This document shows, one piece after another, positions 16,424-23,343 of a DNA stretch of 23,343 nt. Under the pieces are notes generated by a model, which saw only the letters and a list, made by a program, of their open reading frames with translations, made no database searches and was not told where the DNA came from. A program made the position numbers and the translations under genes. This stretch comes from a virus (taxonomy: Duplodnaviria; Heunggongvirae; Uroviricota; Caudoviricetes): IMG/VR virus record IMGVR_UViG_2541047945_000008, positions 1 to 23,343 of that record; one strand, written 5' to 3'. How positions within the stretch are numbered: position 1 is the stretch's first letter; each line of letters begins with the position of its first letter.

Positions 16424-16495
16424 CTTAACTCTGTGGACCTTTTTATCTGTAGTTGTAATATATGGATATTGTTACAATTTAGGTCGGTGAGCTTA

Positions 16496-17260
16496 ATGGA
16501 AGAACAGCACGGTAATTACTTTATAAAACGAATTCAGTTGATTGGAAGAGGGGCATTTGGCTTTGTTGAACACGTTAAGGTTTACAACCTCAATAAAGGT
16601 GAATGCGGGGATTATGCTAGAAAGGTTTTAGCACCCGAAAAACCAGAGCTTTTGGCGCAAATAGAGCAGTTTAGAAGGCGTTTTAAAAGGGAGGTTGTGT
16701 ATCAATCACATTGCGTACATAGCAATATTGTTCCTATTTATTTGTGCGATTTGTTTGTTGAGAATCCATGGTTCATTATGGATAAAGCAGAATGTGATCT
16801 TGAGCACGAAATAACGAACAACCTTCTTACAACAGATCAAAAAATTTCAATAGTGAAAATGGTATTAGATGGTGTAGCTTACATCCATGCCAAAGGCTAT
16901 TTACACAGAGATATAAAACCCTTTAATGTTTTGCGATTTAGCGACGGAACATACAAGGTGTCTGATTTTGGTCTGGTAAAAGATACGAATCCCGAAGGGG
17001 ATACCACTAAATTGACCGAGATCGGTACCCGTATGGGAAGTACAAGATATATGGCTCCCGAGATTTTATATAATGCAGAGTATTCAGTTAAGACTGATGT
17101 TTATGCTGTGGGACGGTTAATTGAAGACTTAAATTTAGATGATAAAAAAATAAAGCCTATCATAGCTAAGTGCACAAGGATGGATAAAGATGATAGATAT
17201 CAGACAATAGATGATGTGGCGTTTGATTTTGCGCATTCTTTTTTAAGGAGTGAGTCATGA
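16496..17260 (+). CDS. Hanks-type (eukaryotic-like) Ser/Thr protein kinase, kinase domain only (254 aa)
   Basis: Canonical subdomains: GRGAFGFV (Gly loop), YARKVL (catalytic Lys), HRDIKPFN, DFG, MAPE, DVYAVGR. ATG at 16496 (track ORF starts at TTG 16421). AT-rich. Confidence 0.85.
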   Translation: MEEQHGNYFIKRIQLIGRGAFGFVEHVKVYNLNKGECGDYARKVLAPEKPELLAQIEQFRRRFKREVVYQSHCVHSNIVPIYLCDLFVENPWFIMDKAECDLEHEITNNLLTTDQKISIVKMVLDGVAYIHAKGYLHRDIKPFNVLRFSDGTYKVSDFGLVKDTNPEGDTTKLTEIGTRMGSTRYMAPEILYNAEYSVKTDVYAVGRLIEDLNLDDKKIKPIIAKCTRMDKDDRYQTIDDVAFDFAHSFLRSES

Positions 17261-18000
17261 TTCAGCTGATAGCGACTTCATCATTCTCGTATCCAAAAGA
17301 ACCAGGTAGGGTCAACGAAGATTCATTGCTTCCTCCAAAAATTGTAGGAGACGGCATCTTATTTGCCGTAGCTGATGGTGTAGGTTCATACTCTGGTGCC
17401 AGTTATGCTTCATCCATGGCAATCGCTGAACTTTCAGCATTGACAAGTTTATCTTTTGATGCAGTTCCGAATGTATTTGCTGAAGTTAAGCGAAAAGTTA
17501 TGTCGTTAGCTGAAGTTAATGATGAGTTCGATAAAGCTGCTACTACACTTACCTTTTGTTATGTTTGTGATAGCGGAATTATTATTGGTCATATTGGTGA
17601 TTGTCGCTTGTATTGCATTGGAGAAAAGAAAGCATATCAATTGACGAAGGACGATACCAGACATCAGATGTTAATTGATCAGAATATTTTTAAACCCAGA
17701 GATTTGAAGAATAAACCGGGAAAAAATATCTTAACGACTGCCATAGCCTCAAATGTTGATATGGAATACGACTGTGATTTTATCCCGTGGAAAGATTTGC
17801 CTGGTATTAACGGGTTGTATCATCTGTGTATCATGTCTGATGGAGTTCATAACGTTTGGGAAAAACGCCCCAGATTTACATCAAATACTATGAGTAATAG
17901 TCAGAAGTTTTCTAATGGTATTTTGCGTCGTATAGAGAGAGCCGGACCTGATGATGACTTTTCTTTAGTAAGTATAATGGTGCGTGTGACGTCAGATTAG
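17257..18000 (+). CDS. PP2C-family (PPM) Ser/Thr protein phosphatase (247 aa)
   Basis: PPM motifs: NEDS, FAVADGVGS, GDCRLY, MSDGV, GPDDD. Start overlaps the kinase stop (ATGA), so the pair is translationally coupled. Confidence 0.85.
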   Translation: MIQLIATSSFSYPKEPGRVNEDSLLPPKIVGDGILFAVADGVGSYSGASYASSMAIAELSALTSLSFDAVPNVFAEVKRKVMSLAEVNDEFDKAATTLTFCYVCDSGIIIGHIGDCRLYCIGEKKAYQLTKDDTRHQMLIDQNIFKPRDLKNKPGKNILTTAIASNVDMEYDCDFIPWKDLPGINGLYHLCIMSDGVHNVWEKRPRFTSNTMSNSQKFSNGILRRIERAGPDDDFSLVSIMVRVTSD

Positions 18001-18073
18001 TTGTATAAACCCAGTAGGGAATGCTAATTTCCCATACTACAGAGTAAAGAAAAACTTAATTTTAATGTGAAAA

Positions 18074-18096
18074 GGCTGCTATCAGGCGGCCTTTTT
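18074..18096 (+). terminator. Rho-independent terminator after the phosphatase
   Basis: ggctgc-tatcag-gcggcc (one G-U pair) followed by TTTTT. Confidence 0.55.
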
Positions 18097-18110
18097 ATGT
18101 CTGAAAAGCT

Positions 18111-18437
18111 GTGCAGTACGTTAAACACGCTTGTGGTTGTGAATGCCGACTGCGGCGGTATTTTGGCGTGACAGCGCAGGTGCCGTATACCGATGTCTGG
18201 ACGCATAAACCGGTGCAGTTCTATCCCGGGAAACATCCGTGCGAAAAACCGGCAGAAATGCTGCAGCAGATAATCAGCGCAAGCAGTCGTCCGGGAGACC
18301 TGGTTGCAGATTTTTTTATGGGCTCAGGTTCAACGGTAAAAGCGGCACTGGCGCTCGGGCGTCGTGCGATTGGCGTTGAACTGGAGACCGGACGTTTTGA
18401 GCAGACAGTCAGGGAAGTTCAGGATTTAATCGTTTGA
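18111..18437 (+). pseudogene. C-terminal fragment of an N6-adenine/N4-cytosine DNA methyltransferase; N-terminal catalytic part absent
   Basis: HPCEKP ... PGDLVADFFMGSGSTVKAALALGRRAIGVE matches the HPTQKP plus FxGSGS(T) AdoMet-binding end of this methylase class. No DPPY-type region upstream; only about 110 bp separate it from the phosphatase gene. Confidence 0.55.
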
Positions 18438-18486
18438 AACGGATGAGATTGCAGAATTAATTACGCACCATTATTATTCTGCTTCC

Positions 18487-18562
18487 GGCCCTTTAGCTCA
18501 GTGGTGAGAGCGAGCGACTCATAATCGCCAGGTCGCTGGTTCAAATCCAGCAAGGGCCACCA
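18487..18562 (+). tRNA. tRNA with CAU anticodon (Ile2-lysidine or Met type)
   Basis: Hand-folded cloverleaf: acceptor GGCCCTT/AAGGGCC, D-arm AGCTCAGTGGTGAGAGC, anticodon loop CTCATAA, T-arm GGTTCAAATCC, 3' CCA. Confidence 0.8.
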
Positions 18563-18569
18563 TCACATA

Positions 18570-18646
18570 CCGCCATTAGCTCATCAGGAAAGAGCGCCAG
18601 CCTTCGAAGCTGGTTGCGCGGAGTTCGGGTCCCCGAAGGCGGTCCA
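18570..18646 (+). tRNA. tRNA-Arg-like (anticodon UCG), slightly degenerate
   Basis: D-arm GCTC...GAGC, anticodon stem CCAGC/GCTGG with loop CTTCGAA, T-loop TTCGGGT, 3' CCA. One mismatch each in the acceptor and T stems. Confidence 0.55.
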
Positions 18647-18659
18647 TTATCTGTATCCT

Positions 18660-18736
18660 GCGTTGTTAGCTCAGCCGGACAGAGCAATTGCCTTCTAAGC
18701 AATCGGTCACTGGTTCGAATCCAGTACAACGCGCCA
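18660..18736 (+). tRNA. tRNA-Arg (anticodon UCU)
   Basis: Perfect acceptor stem GCGTTGT/ACAACGC, D-arm TAGCTCAGCCGGACAGAGC, anticodon loop CTTCTAA, T-arm GGTTCGAATCC, discriminator G, CCA. Confidence 0.85.
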
Positions 18737-18782
18737 CACTTATTTTCCCTGGCTCGCTTTTGCGGGCTTTTTTTTAAATGTC

Positions 18783-18996
18783 TCACAATTCAGGCGGTTG
18801 ACTGTTGTCTGGTTTGCGGGGAGTTTGTTAAAAGAAACTGGCATGGTGAATCCCCCTGTGCGGAGGGGCAATCAGCGAGTAGGTATATGGGATAATCGCG
18901 GATTCAGGTGCTGGTACTGAATTCACCGGGAGGCACCCGGCACCATGCAATGGCACATAGCGCCACTCTCCAGCCCCTCTCCGGAGGGGCTTTTCT
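18783..18996 (+). repeat. Repeat unit A: structured element ending in a terminator (candidate sRNA gene)
   Basis: Shares blocks with unit B: tcacaattcag, ttgac, tttgttaaaa, catggtgaatcccc, a cccc/gggg hairpin, caccgggaggcacccggcaccatg and terminator gcccctc-tccg-gaggggc plus T-run. Confidence 0.5.
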
Positions 18997-19250
18997 GTGC
19001 CGGATACATCACAGTTTCTGGAACCTTAGGTACTACAGTATCAGTCAGGGTGCTATATTTTCAGATGTGATGAAAGCCTGTCAGCAGGCAGGGCGTATCG
19101 GAAATGACCCAGTAGAGAAAACGTTGACTCAGATACCGGTGCTGAGTTACCGGGAAACCGGCATCACATGACCGCTATCCTTCCAGGCCCATCCGCTCCG
19201 GTGGGCCTTTTTACTGCAGAAAACAGGTTCCCCGTTAAATGCTATGTTGC

Positions 19251-19483
19251 TCACAATTCAGTAAGTTGACAGTTGCCTGTCAGACTGGGCATTTGTTAAA
19301 AAAATTTCGCATGGTGAATCCCCCTGAGCGGAGGGGCGACTGGTGACGGTATAATCTCTGATTATCAAAACGAGAATGACGCGGGTTTAGTGGCACCGGG
19401 CTGAACTCACCGGGAGGCACCCGGCACCATGTGCATGATGATACAGATACGCGGCTTTAGCCCCTCTCCGGAGGGGCTTTCTT
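19251..19483 (+). repeat. Repeat unit B: second copy of the structured element
   Basis: Same conserved blocks and the same terminator hairpin (agcccctctccggaggggctttctt) as unit A; internal segments diverge. Confidence 0.5.
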
Positions 19484-19711
19484 ATGGACAAAAAAAGCCC
19501 GCGCTGGGAGACGCGGGCGGCAAGGAATAAACAATAAAACGTGAAGTAATATTTCAGCTGGCGAATAATACCCCATAGTAATCACTCTGCGCAACTGCGC
19601 GGTCTTTTTCGAATTGCGGGCTGTAGTCTCCCTTCTGCCATTGTCCTGTAACTTCCGGACTTCAGCCTGCTCCTTATCTGACTCACAACATTATCCCGCC
19701 CGGGAGGATTC

Positions 19712-19855
19712 ATGGCATTTAAACACTATGACGTGGTCAGGGCGGCATCGCCGTCAGACCTTGCGAAACGACTGACACAAAAACTGAAGGAGGGCTGGCA
19801 GCCGTTTGGTAGTCCGGTGGCCATAACCCCTTATACCCTGATGCAGGCGATTTGA
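19712..19855 (+). CDS. Small phage protein (47 aa as read) whose 3' end and stop codon are supplied by the IS629 terminus
   Basis: ATG at 19712 with SD GGAGG 5 nt upstream; the ORF ends at the TGA formed by the first bases of the IS inverted repeat (TGAACCGCC...). Confidence 0.5.
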   Translation: MAFKHYDVVRAASPSDLAKRLTQKLKEGWQPFGSPVAITPYTLMQAI

Positions 19856-19906
19856 ACCGCCCCGGGAATCCTGGAGACTAAACTTCCTGAGAAAGAGGTA
19901 AACAGG

Positions 19907-20233
19907 ATGACTAAAAATACTCGTTTTTCCCCTGAAGTCCGTCAACGGGCAGTCCGTATGGTTCTGGAAAGTCAGGGCGAATATGACTCACAATGGGCGA
20001 CAATTTGTTCCATTGCTCCAAAGATTGGCTGTACGCCGGAGACTCTGCGTGTCTGGGTTCGCCAGCATGAGCGGGATACCGGGGGCGGTGATGGAGGGCT
20101 CACCACCGCTGAACGTCAGCGTCTGAAAGAGCTGGAGCGTGAAAATCGTGAACTGCGCCGCAGTAACGATATCCTTCGCCAGGCTTCCGCTTATTTTGCG
20201 AAGGCGGAGTTCGACCGCCTCTGGAAAAAATGA
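19907..20233 (+). CDS. IS629 transposase OrfA (HTH, 108 aa)
   Basis: [57 protein letters not shown]... with a leucine-zipper-like C-terminus. Confidence 0.85.
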   Translation: MTKNTRFSPEVRQRAVRMVLESQGEYDSQWATICSIAPKIGCTPETLRVWVRQHERDTGGGDGGLTTAERQRLKELERENRELRRSNDILRQASAYFAKAEFDRLWKK

Positions 20234-21120
20234 TGCCACTGCTGGATAAGCTGCGTGAGCAGTACGGGGTCGGACCGCTATGCAGCGAACTGCATATTGC
20301 CCCGTCAACGTATTACCACTGTCAGCAACAGCGACATCATCCGGATAAACGCAGTGCCCGTGCGCAGCGCGATGACTGGCTGAAGAAAGAGATACAGCGC
20401 GTATACGATGAAAATCACAAGGTATACGGTGTGCGTAAAGTCTGGCGTCAGTTGTTACGGGAAGGTATCAGAGTGGCCAGATGCACTGTGGCACGTCTCA
20501 TGGCGGTTATGGGACTTGCCGGTGTTCTCCGGGGTAAAAAGGTCCGTACGACCATCAGCCGGAAAGCCGTTGCCGCAGGCGACCGCGTAAACCGTCAGTT
20601 CGTGGCAGAACGACCTGACCAGCTGTGGGTGGCTGATTTTACTTACGTCAGCACATGGCAGGGCTTCGTCTATGTGGCGTTCATCATTGATGTGTTTGCC
20701 GGATACATTGTGGGGTGGCGGGTCTCATCGTCCATGGAGACGACATTCGTGCTGGATGCACTGGAGCAGGCGTTATGGGCCCGTCGACCGTCCGGCACGG
20801 TCCATCACAGTGATAAAGGTTCTCAGTATGTATCGCTGGCCTACACACAGCGGCTTAAGGAAGCCGGATTACTGGCATCAACAGGAAGTACAGGCGACTC
20901 GTATGACAACGCGATGGCGGAGAGCATCAATGGTCTTTACAAAGCGGAGGTAATACACCGTAAGAGCTGGAAAAACCGTGCAGAAGTGGAACTGGCCACA
21001 CTCACGTGGGTGGACTGGTATAACAATCGACGATTGCTGGAAAGGCTGGGCCATACTCCTCCGGCAGAAGCAGAAAAAGCTTATTATGCTTCCATCGGAA
21101 ACGATGATCTGGCAGCCTGA
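20230..21120 (+). CDS. IS629 transposase OrfB (DDE integrase-like catalytic domain)
   Basis: 296-aa ORF overlapping OrfA (ATGA); rve-type DDE domain (WVADFTYV ... HHSDKGSQY ... DNAMAES). Confidence 0.85.
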   Translation: MMPLLDKLREQYGVGPLCSELHIAPSTYYHCQQQRHHPDKRSARAQRDDWLKKEIQRVYDENHKVYGVRKVWRQLLREGIRVARCTVARLMAVMGLAGVLRGKKVRTTISRKAVAAGDRVNRQFVAERPDQLWVADFTYVSTWQGFVYVAFIIDVFAGYIVGWRVSSSMETTFVLDALEQALWARRPSGTVHHSDKGSQYVSLAYTQRLKEAGLLASTGSTGDSYDNAMAESINGLYKAEVIHRKSWKNRAEVELATLTWVDWYNNRRLLERLGHTPPAEAEKAYYASIGNDDLAA

Positions 21121-21164
21121 GTTCACAGATAAAATACTCTCCAGGAAACCCGGGGCGGTTCACA

Positions 21165-21425
21165 CAGTATCAAGTAAGCCCGGAGACTTCTTCCTATAGA
21201 TCGTATTATCAACGTATTCAGACACAGTCAGCAGGTGCTCATACCCACTCGCTGTCTGGTACTGCAGCAAGTTCTGGCGCACATGCACATACTGTAGGTA
21301 TTGGTGCGCATACGCACTCCGTTGCGATTGGTTCACATGGACACACCATCACCGTTAACGCTGCGGGTAACGCGGAAAACACCGTCAAAAACATCGCATT
21401 TAACTATATTGTGAGGCTTGCATAA
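21165..21425 (+). pseudogene. 3' fragment of a side tail-fibre gene (C-terminal approx 86 codons, no start)
   Basis: Open frame from the IS629 end to TAA at 21423-21425: ...[66 protein letters not shown], with His-containing GxHxH repeats typical of tail-fibre C-termini. Followed directly by tfa. Confidence 0.7.
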
Positions 21426-22009
21426 TGGCATTCAGAATGAGTGAACAAGCACGGACCATAAAAATTTATAATCTGCTGGCCGGAACTAATGAATTTATTG
21501 GTGAAGGTGACGCATATATTCCGCCTCATACAGGTCTGCCAGCAAACAGTACCGATATTGCACCACCAGATATTCCTGCTGGCTTTGTGGCTGTTTTCAA
21601 CAGTGATGAGGCATCGTGGCATCTCGTTGAAGACCATCGGGGGAAAACGGTTTATGACGTAGCGTCAGGGGACGAGTTATTTATTTCTGAACTCGGTCCG
21701 TTACCGGAAAATGTTACCTGGTTATCGCCGGAAGGGGAGTTTCAGAAGTGGAACGGCACAGCCTGGGTGAAGGATACGGAAGCAGAAAAACTGTTCCGGA
21801 TCCGGGAGGCGGAAGAAACAAAAAACAAACTGATGCAGGTAGCCAGTGAGCATATTGCGCCGCTTCAGGATGCTGCAGATCTGGAAATTGCAACGGAGGA
21901 AGAAACCTCATTGCTGGAAGCCTGGAAAAAGTATCGGGTGTTGCTGAACCGTGTTGATACATCAACTGCACCTGATATTGAGTGGCCTACGAACCCTGTC
22001 AGGGAGTAA
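21425..22009 (+). CDS. tfa: Tail fibre assembly protein (Tfa), 194 aa
   Basis: Start overlaps the tail-fibre stop (TAATG). Conserved Tfa C-terminus ([32 protein letters not shown]). Confidence 0.8.
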   Translation: MAFRMSEQARTIKIYNLLAGTNEFIGEGDAYIPPHTGLPANSTDIAPPDIPAGFVAVFNSDEASWHLVEDHRGKTVYDVASGDELFISELGPLPENVTWLSPEGEFQKWNGTAWVKDTEAEKLFRIREAEETKNKLMQVASEHIAPLQDAADLEIATEEETSLLEAWKKYRVLLNRVDTSTAPDIEWPTNPVRE

Positions 22010-22063
22010 TCATTGGGATTATGCCGCAGCACGTCTTAAGCAAGAACGTGCTGCGGTTGGATG

Positions 22064-22720
22064 CTATTTTTTCCCTGAAGCGGAAAACATTACTACAGTA
22101 CCTTGAACCTTGGTTTTAACATTCTCGAAATGCTCTGAGAGTATATGTGTTAAGCCTTCTTCGGAATCTTTTGTGTTTGAAAAGATGCCTTTCTGATTGT
22201 AAATGCGCATCAGTTTTTGACCGAAGCTATTGTGCACAACTCCATCGCCAAGAATTGTGGCTCCGTATAGAGTTCCATCGTCAGTTAAGGCCTGCGCCGC
22301 ATTGCGTATTACACAGCTTTTTGTAGATATATTTCCAGGCAGGCAGTGAAGAAGGTAAAACATGGAAATGGAATCAAATTGACCATGTAACGCCGCGGGA
22401 TAAGGTTCAAAAACATCATGGCTAATTTTATGTTTAATTTTTGATTCCCCAGCCCTTGTAGATGCCGCGTTCAGGCTAGCTTCGTTCAAATCCATTAAAG
22501 ATATCAGACTACTCTCAGGTACGTGAGTAAGGTAAAACCCAGTTCCAACACCAATATCCAGATGGTTGTTACCTACATGTTCCAGAAAGTGTGGAAGAAG
22601 GTGTTCCTTTGTAGGACATCCCCATGCAAGCCGATTTGATACTCCCAAAACCCACCAGTCATAAAGCTTTAGGGTAAGTGGTGTGTAAATTTTAGCCCCA
22701 TCATCTGTGTTTTTTTTCAT
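22064..22720 (-). CDS. Class I SAM-dependent methyltransferase (approx 218 aa), low-GC cargo gene
   Basis: Motif I LDIGVGTGFY. Convergent with tfa. SD GGTGA 5 nt before the ATG at 22720; the track ORF extends to 22732. Confidence 0.7.
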   Translation of the reverse strand: MKKNTDDGAKIYTPLTLKLYDWWVLGVSNRLAWGCPTKEHLLPHFLEHVGNNHLDIGVGTGFYLTHVPESSLISLMDLNEASLNAASTRAGESKIKHKISHDVFEPYPAALHGQFDSISMFYLLHCLPGNISTKSCVIRNAAQALTDDGTLYGATILGDGVVHNSFGQKLMRIYNQKGIFSNTKDSEEGLTHILSEHFENVKTKVQGTVVMFSASGKK

Positions 22721-22788
22721 TGATTTCACCATGTTATAGTTTTATTTGTGAATTAAATCAATTATGGCGATGAATTACAAGGGGTTAA

Positions 22789-23058
22789 ATGCTGCCGCAG
22801 CATAGCGATATTGAAATAGCCTGGTATGCTTCGATACAGCAGGAGCCGAATGGCTGGAAGACCGTCACCACACAGTTCTACATCCAGGAATTCAGTGAGT
22901 ATATTGCGCCACTGCAGGATGCTGTAGATCTGGAAATCGCAACGGAGGAAGAAAGATCGTTGCTGGAGGCATGGAATAAATATCGGGTATTGTTGAATCG
23001 TGTTGATACATCAACTGCACCTGATATTGAGTGGCCTGCAAATCCTGTCAGGGAGTAA
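22789..23058 (+). CDS. Chimeric small ORF whose C-terminal approx 50 aa duplicate the Tfa C-terminus (possible tfa remnant)
   Basis: C-terminus [50 protein letters not shown] is near-identical to the end of Tfa (21425..22009); the N-terminal part is unrelated. Confidence 0.4.
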   Translation: MLPQHSDIEIAWYASIQQEPNGWKTVTTQFYIQEFSEYIAPLQDAVDLEIATEEERSLLEAWNKYRVLLNRVDTSTAPDIEWPANPVRE

Positions 23059-23172
23059 TCATTGGGATTATGCCGCAGATACGTCGTATGCAGGAACGTG
23101 CTGCGGTTAGTTTGTGAGCTTTCGATAGTGGTTGTTATTTTTGCCCTTATTTGTTCCGGAGGCCATGGTTCA

Positions 23173-23343
23173 ATGGTCCGTCTGCCCCCTGTGGTGATGT
23201 CAGCAAAATCAGCCACTGCGCGAACCACAATAGCCCGGGAAGATGCTGAAGATCACCAGGTAAAGCTGTCAGCGCAGAAACTGGAAGAACTGCTCGCATC
23301 AATGGTTAAGGATGAGGTTGATCGCAATGATGGGATTTATTGA
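23173..23343 (+). CDS. Hypothetical small protein (56 aa) ending at the window edge
   Basis: In-frame ATG at 23173 with GGAGG 10 nt upstream; the track ORF extends to an upstream ATG lacking an SD. No family recognised. Confidence 0.3.
   Translation: MVRLPPVVMSAKSATARTTIAREDAEDHQVKLSAQKLEELLASMVKDEVDRNDGIY

Larger units (their letters stand above)
19853..21162 (+). mobile_element. IS629 (IS3 family) insertion sequence, 1310 bp
   Basis: Terminal inverted repeats TGAACCGCCCCGGGAATCCTGGAG (left) and its near-complement CTCCAGGAAACCCGGGGCGGTTCA (right), enclosing OrfA/OrfB. OrfA sequence recalled as IS629. Confidence 0.85.

Noticed and set aside
9218-16495. Track ORF starts at TTG/GTG codons (9218, 10007, 12474, 13959, 15654, 16421)
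   Set aside because: In each case an in-frame ATG with a properly spaced Shine-Dalgarno lies a few codons downstream, so coordinates were trimmed. The GTG at 14245 was kept because GGAGG precedes it at the right spacing.
18541-18786. 81-aa minus-strand ORF
   Set aside because: It overlaps the tRNA genes on the opposite strand; the tRNA cloverleaves explain the sequence.
18908-19171. 87-aa plus-strand ORF spanning repeat unit A
   Set aside because: It runs through the conserved hairpin and terminator of the repeat unit and lacks a convincing ATG with SD. Only the 33-codon tail (19070..19171) is a conceivable small ORF and it has no SD either.
18740-19700. Searched for Shiga toxin (stxA/stxB) or other toxin genes downstream of the tRNA cluster
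   Set aside because: No ORF of appropriate size or signal-peptide character is present; the region holds repeat elements and terminators instead.
20408-21199. Extra ORFs within IS629 (20408..20590, 20672..20953, 20878..21126, 20978..21199)
   Set aside because: Alternate-frame ORFs inside the transposase OrfB coding region; IS3-family elements encode only OrfA and OrfB.

Overview
This window reads as a defective lambdoid prophage of an enterobacterial (E. coli-like) host. It runs from the integrase end through the early and replication regions into a truncated late region. On the minus strand (1..6129) lie integrase, an excisionase-like gene, an 823-aa exonuclease and a Qin-like dicB operon (ydfA-ydfB-ydfC, DicF sRNA, dicB, ydfD). 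Then come a DicA/RacR-like repressor with divergent Cro/YdaS-like and YdaT-like genes, an O-like initiator with internal iterons, a lambda P-like loader, a QueH-like gene, a Hok toxin, a DUF968 protein, RusA and a Q-like antiterminator. Downstream of Q sit three tRNAs (CAU, Arg-UCG, Arg-UCU) with no toxin genes after them, then two copies of a structured repeat, then an IS629 element that abuts only the 3' end of a tail-fibre gene, so lysis and morphogenesis genes are missing. Low-GC accessory cargo (GC judged by eye) is the most interesting part: a Hanks-type Ser/Thr kinase plus PP2C phosphatase cassette between Q and the tRNAs (top candidate for a new defence or exclusion module), an unknown 216-aa protein paired with an HTH-XRE/ImmA-type metallopeptidase (Rosmer-like toxin-antitoxin architecture), two extra convergent genes inside the dicB operon, and a SAM methyltransferase flanked by direct repeats of the tfa 3' end. 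All calls come from reading the sequence and ORF translations; no database search was run.
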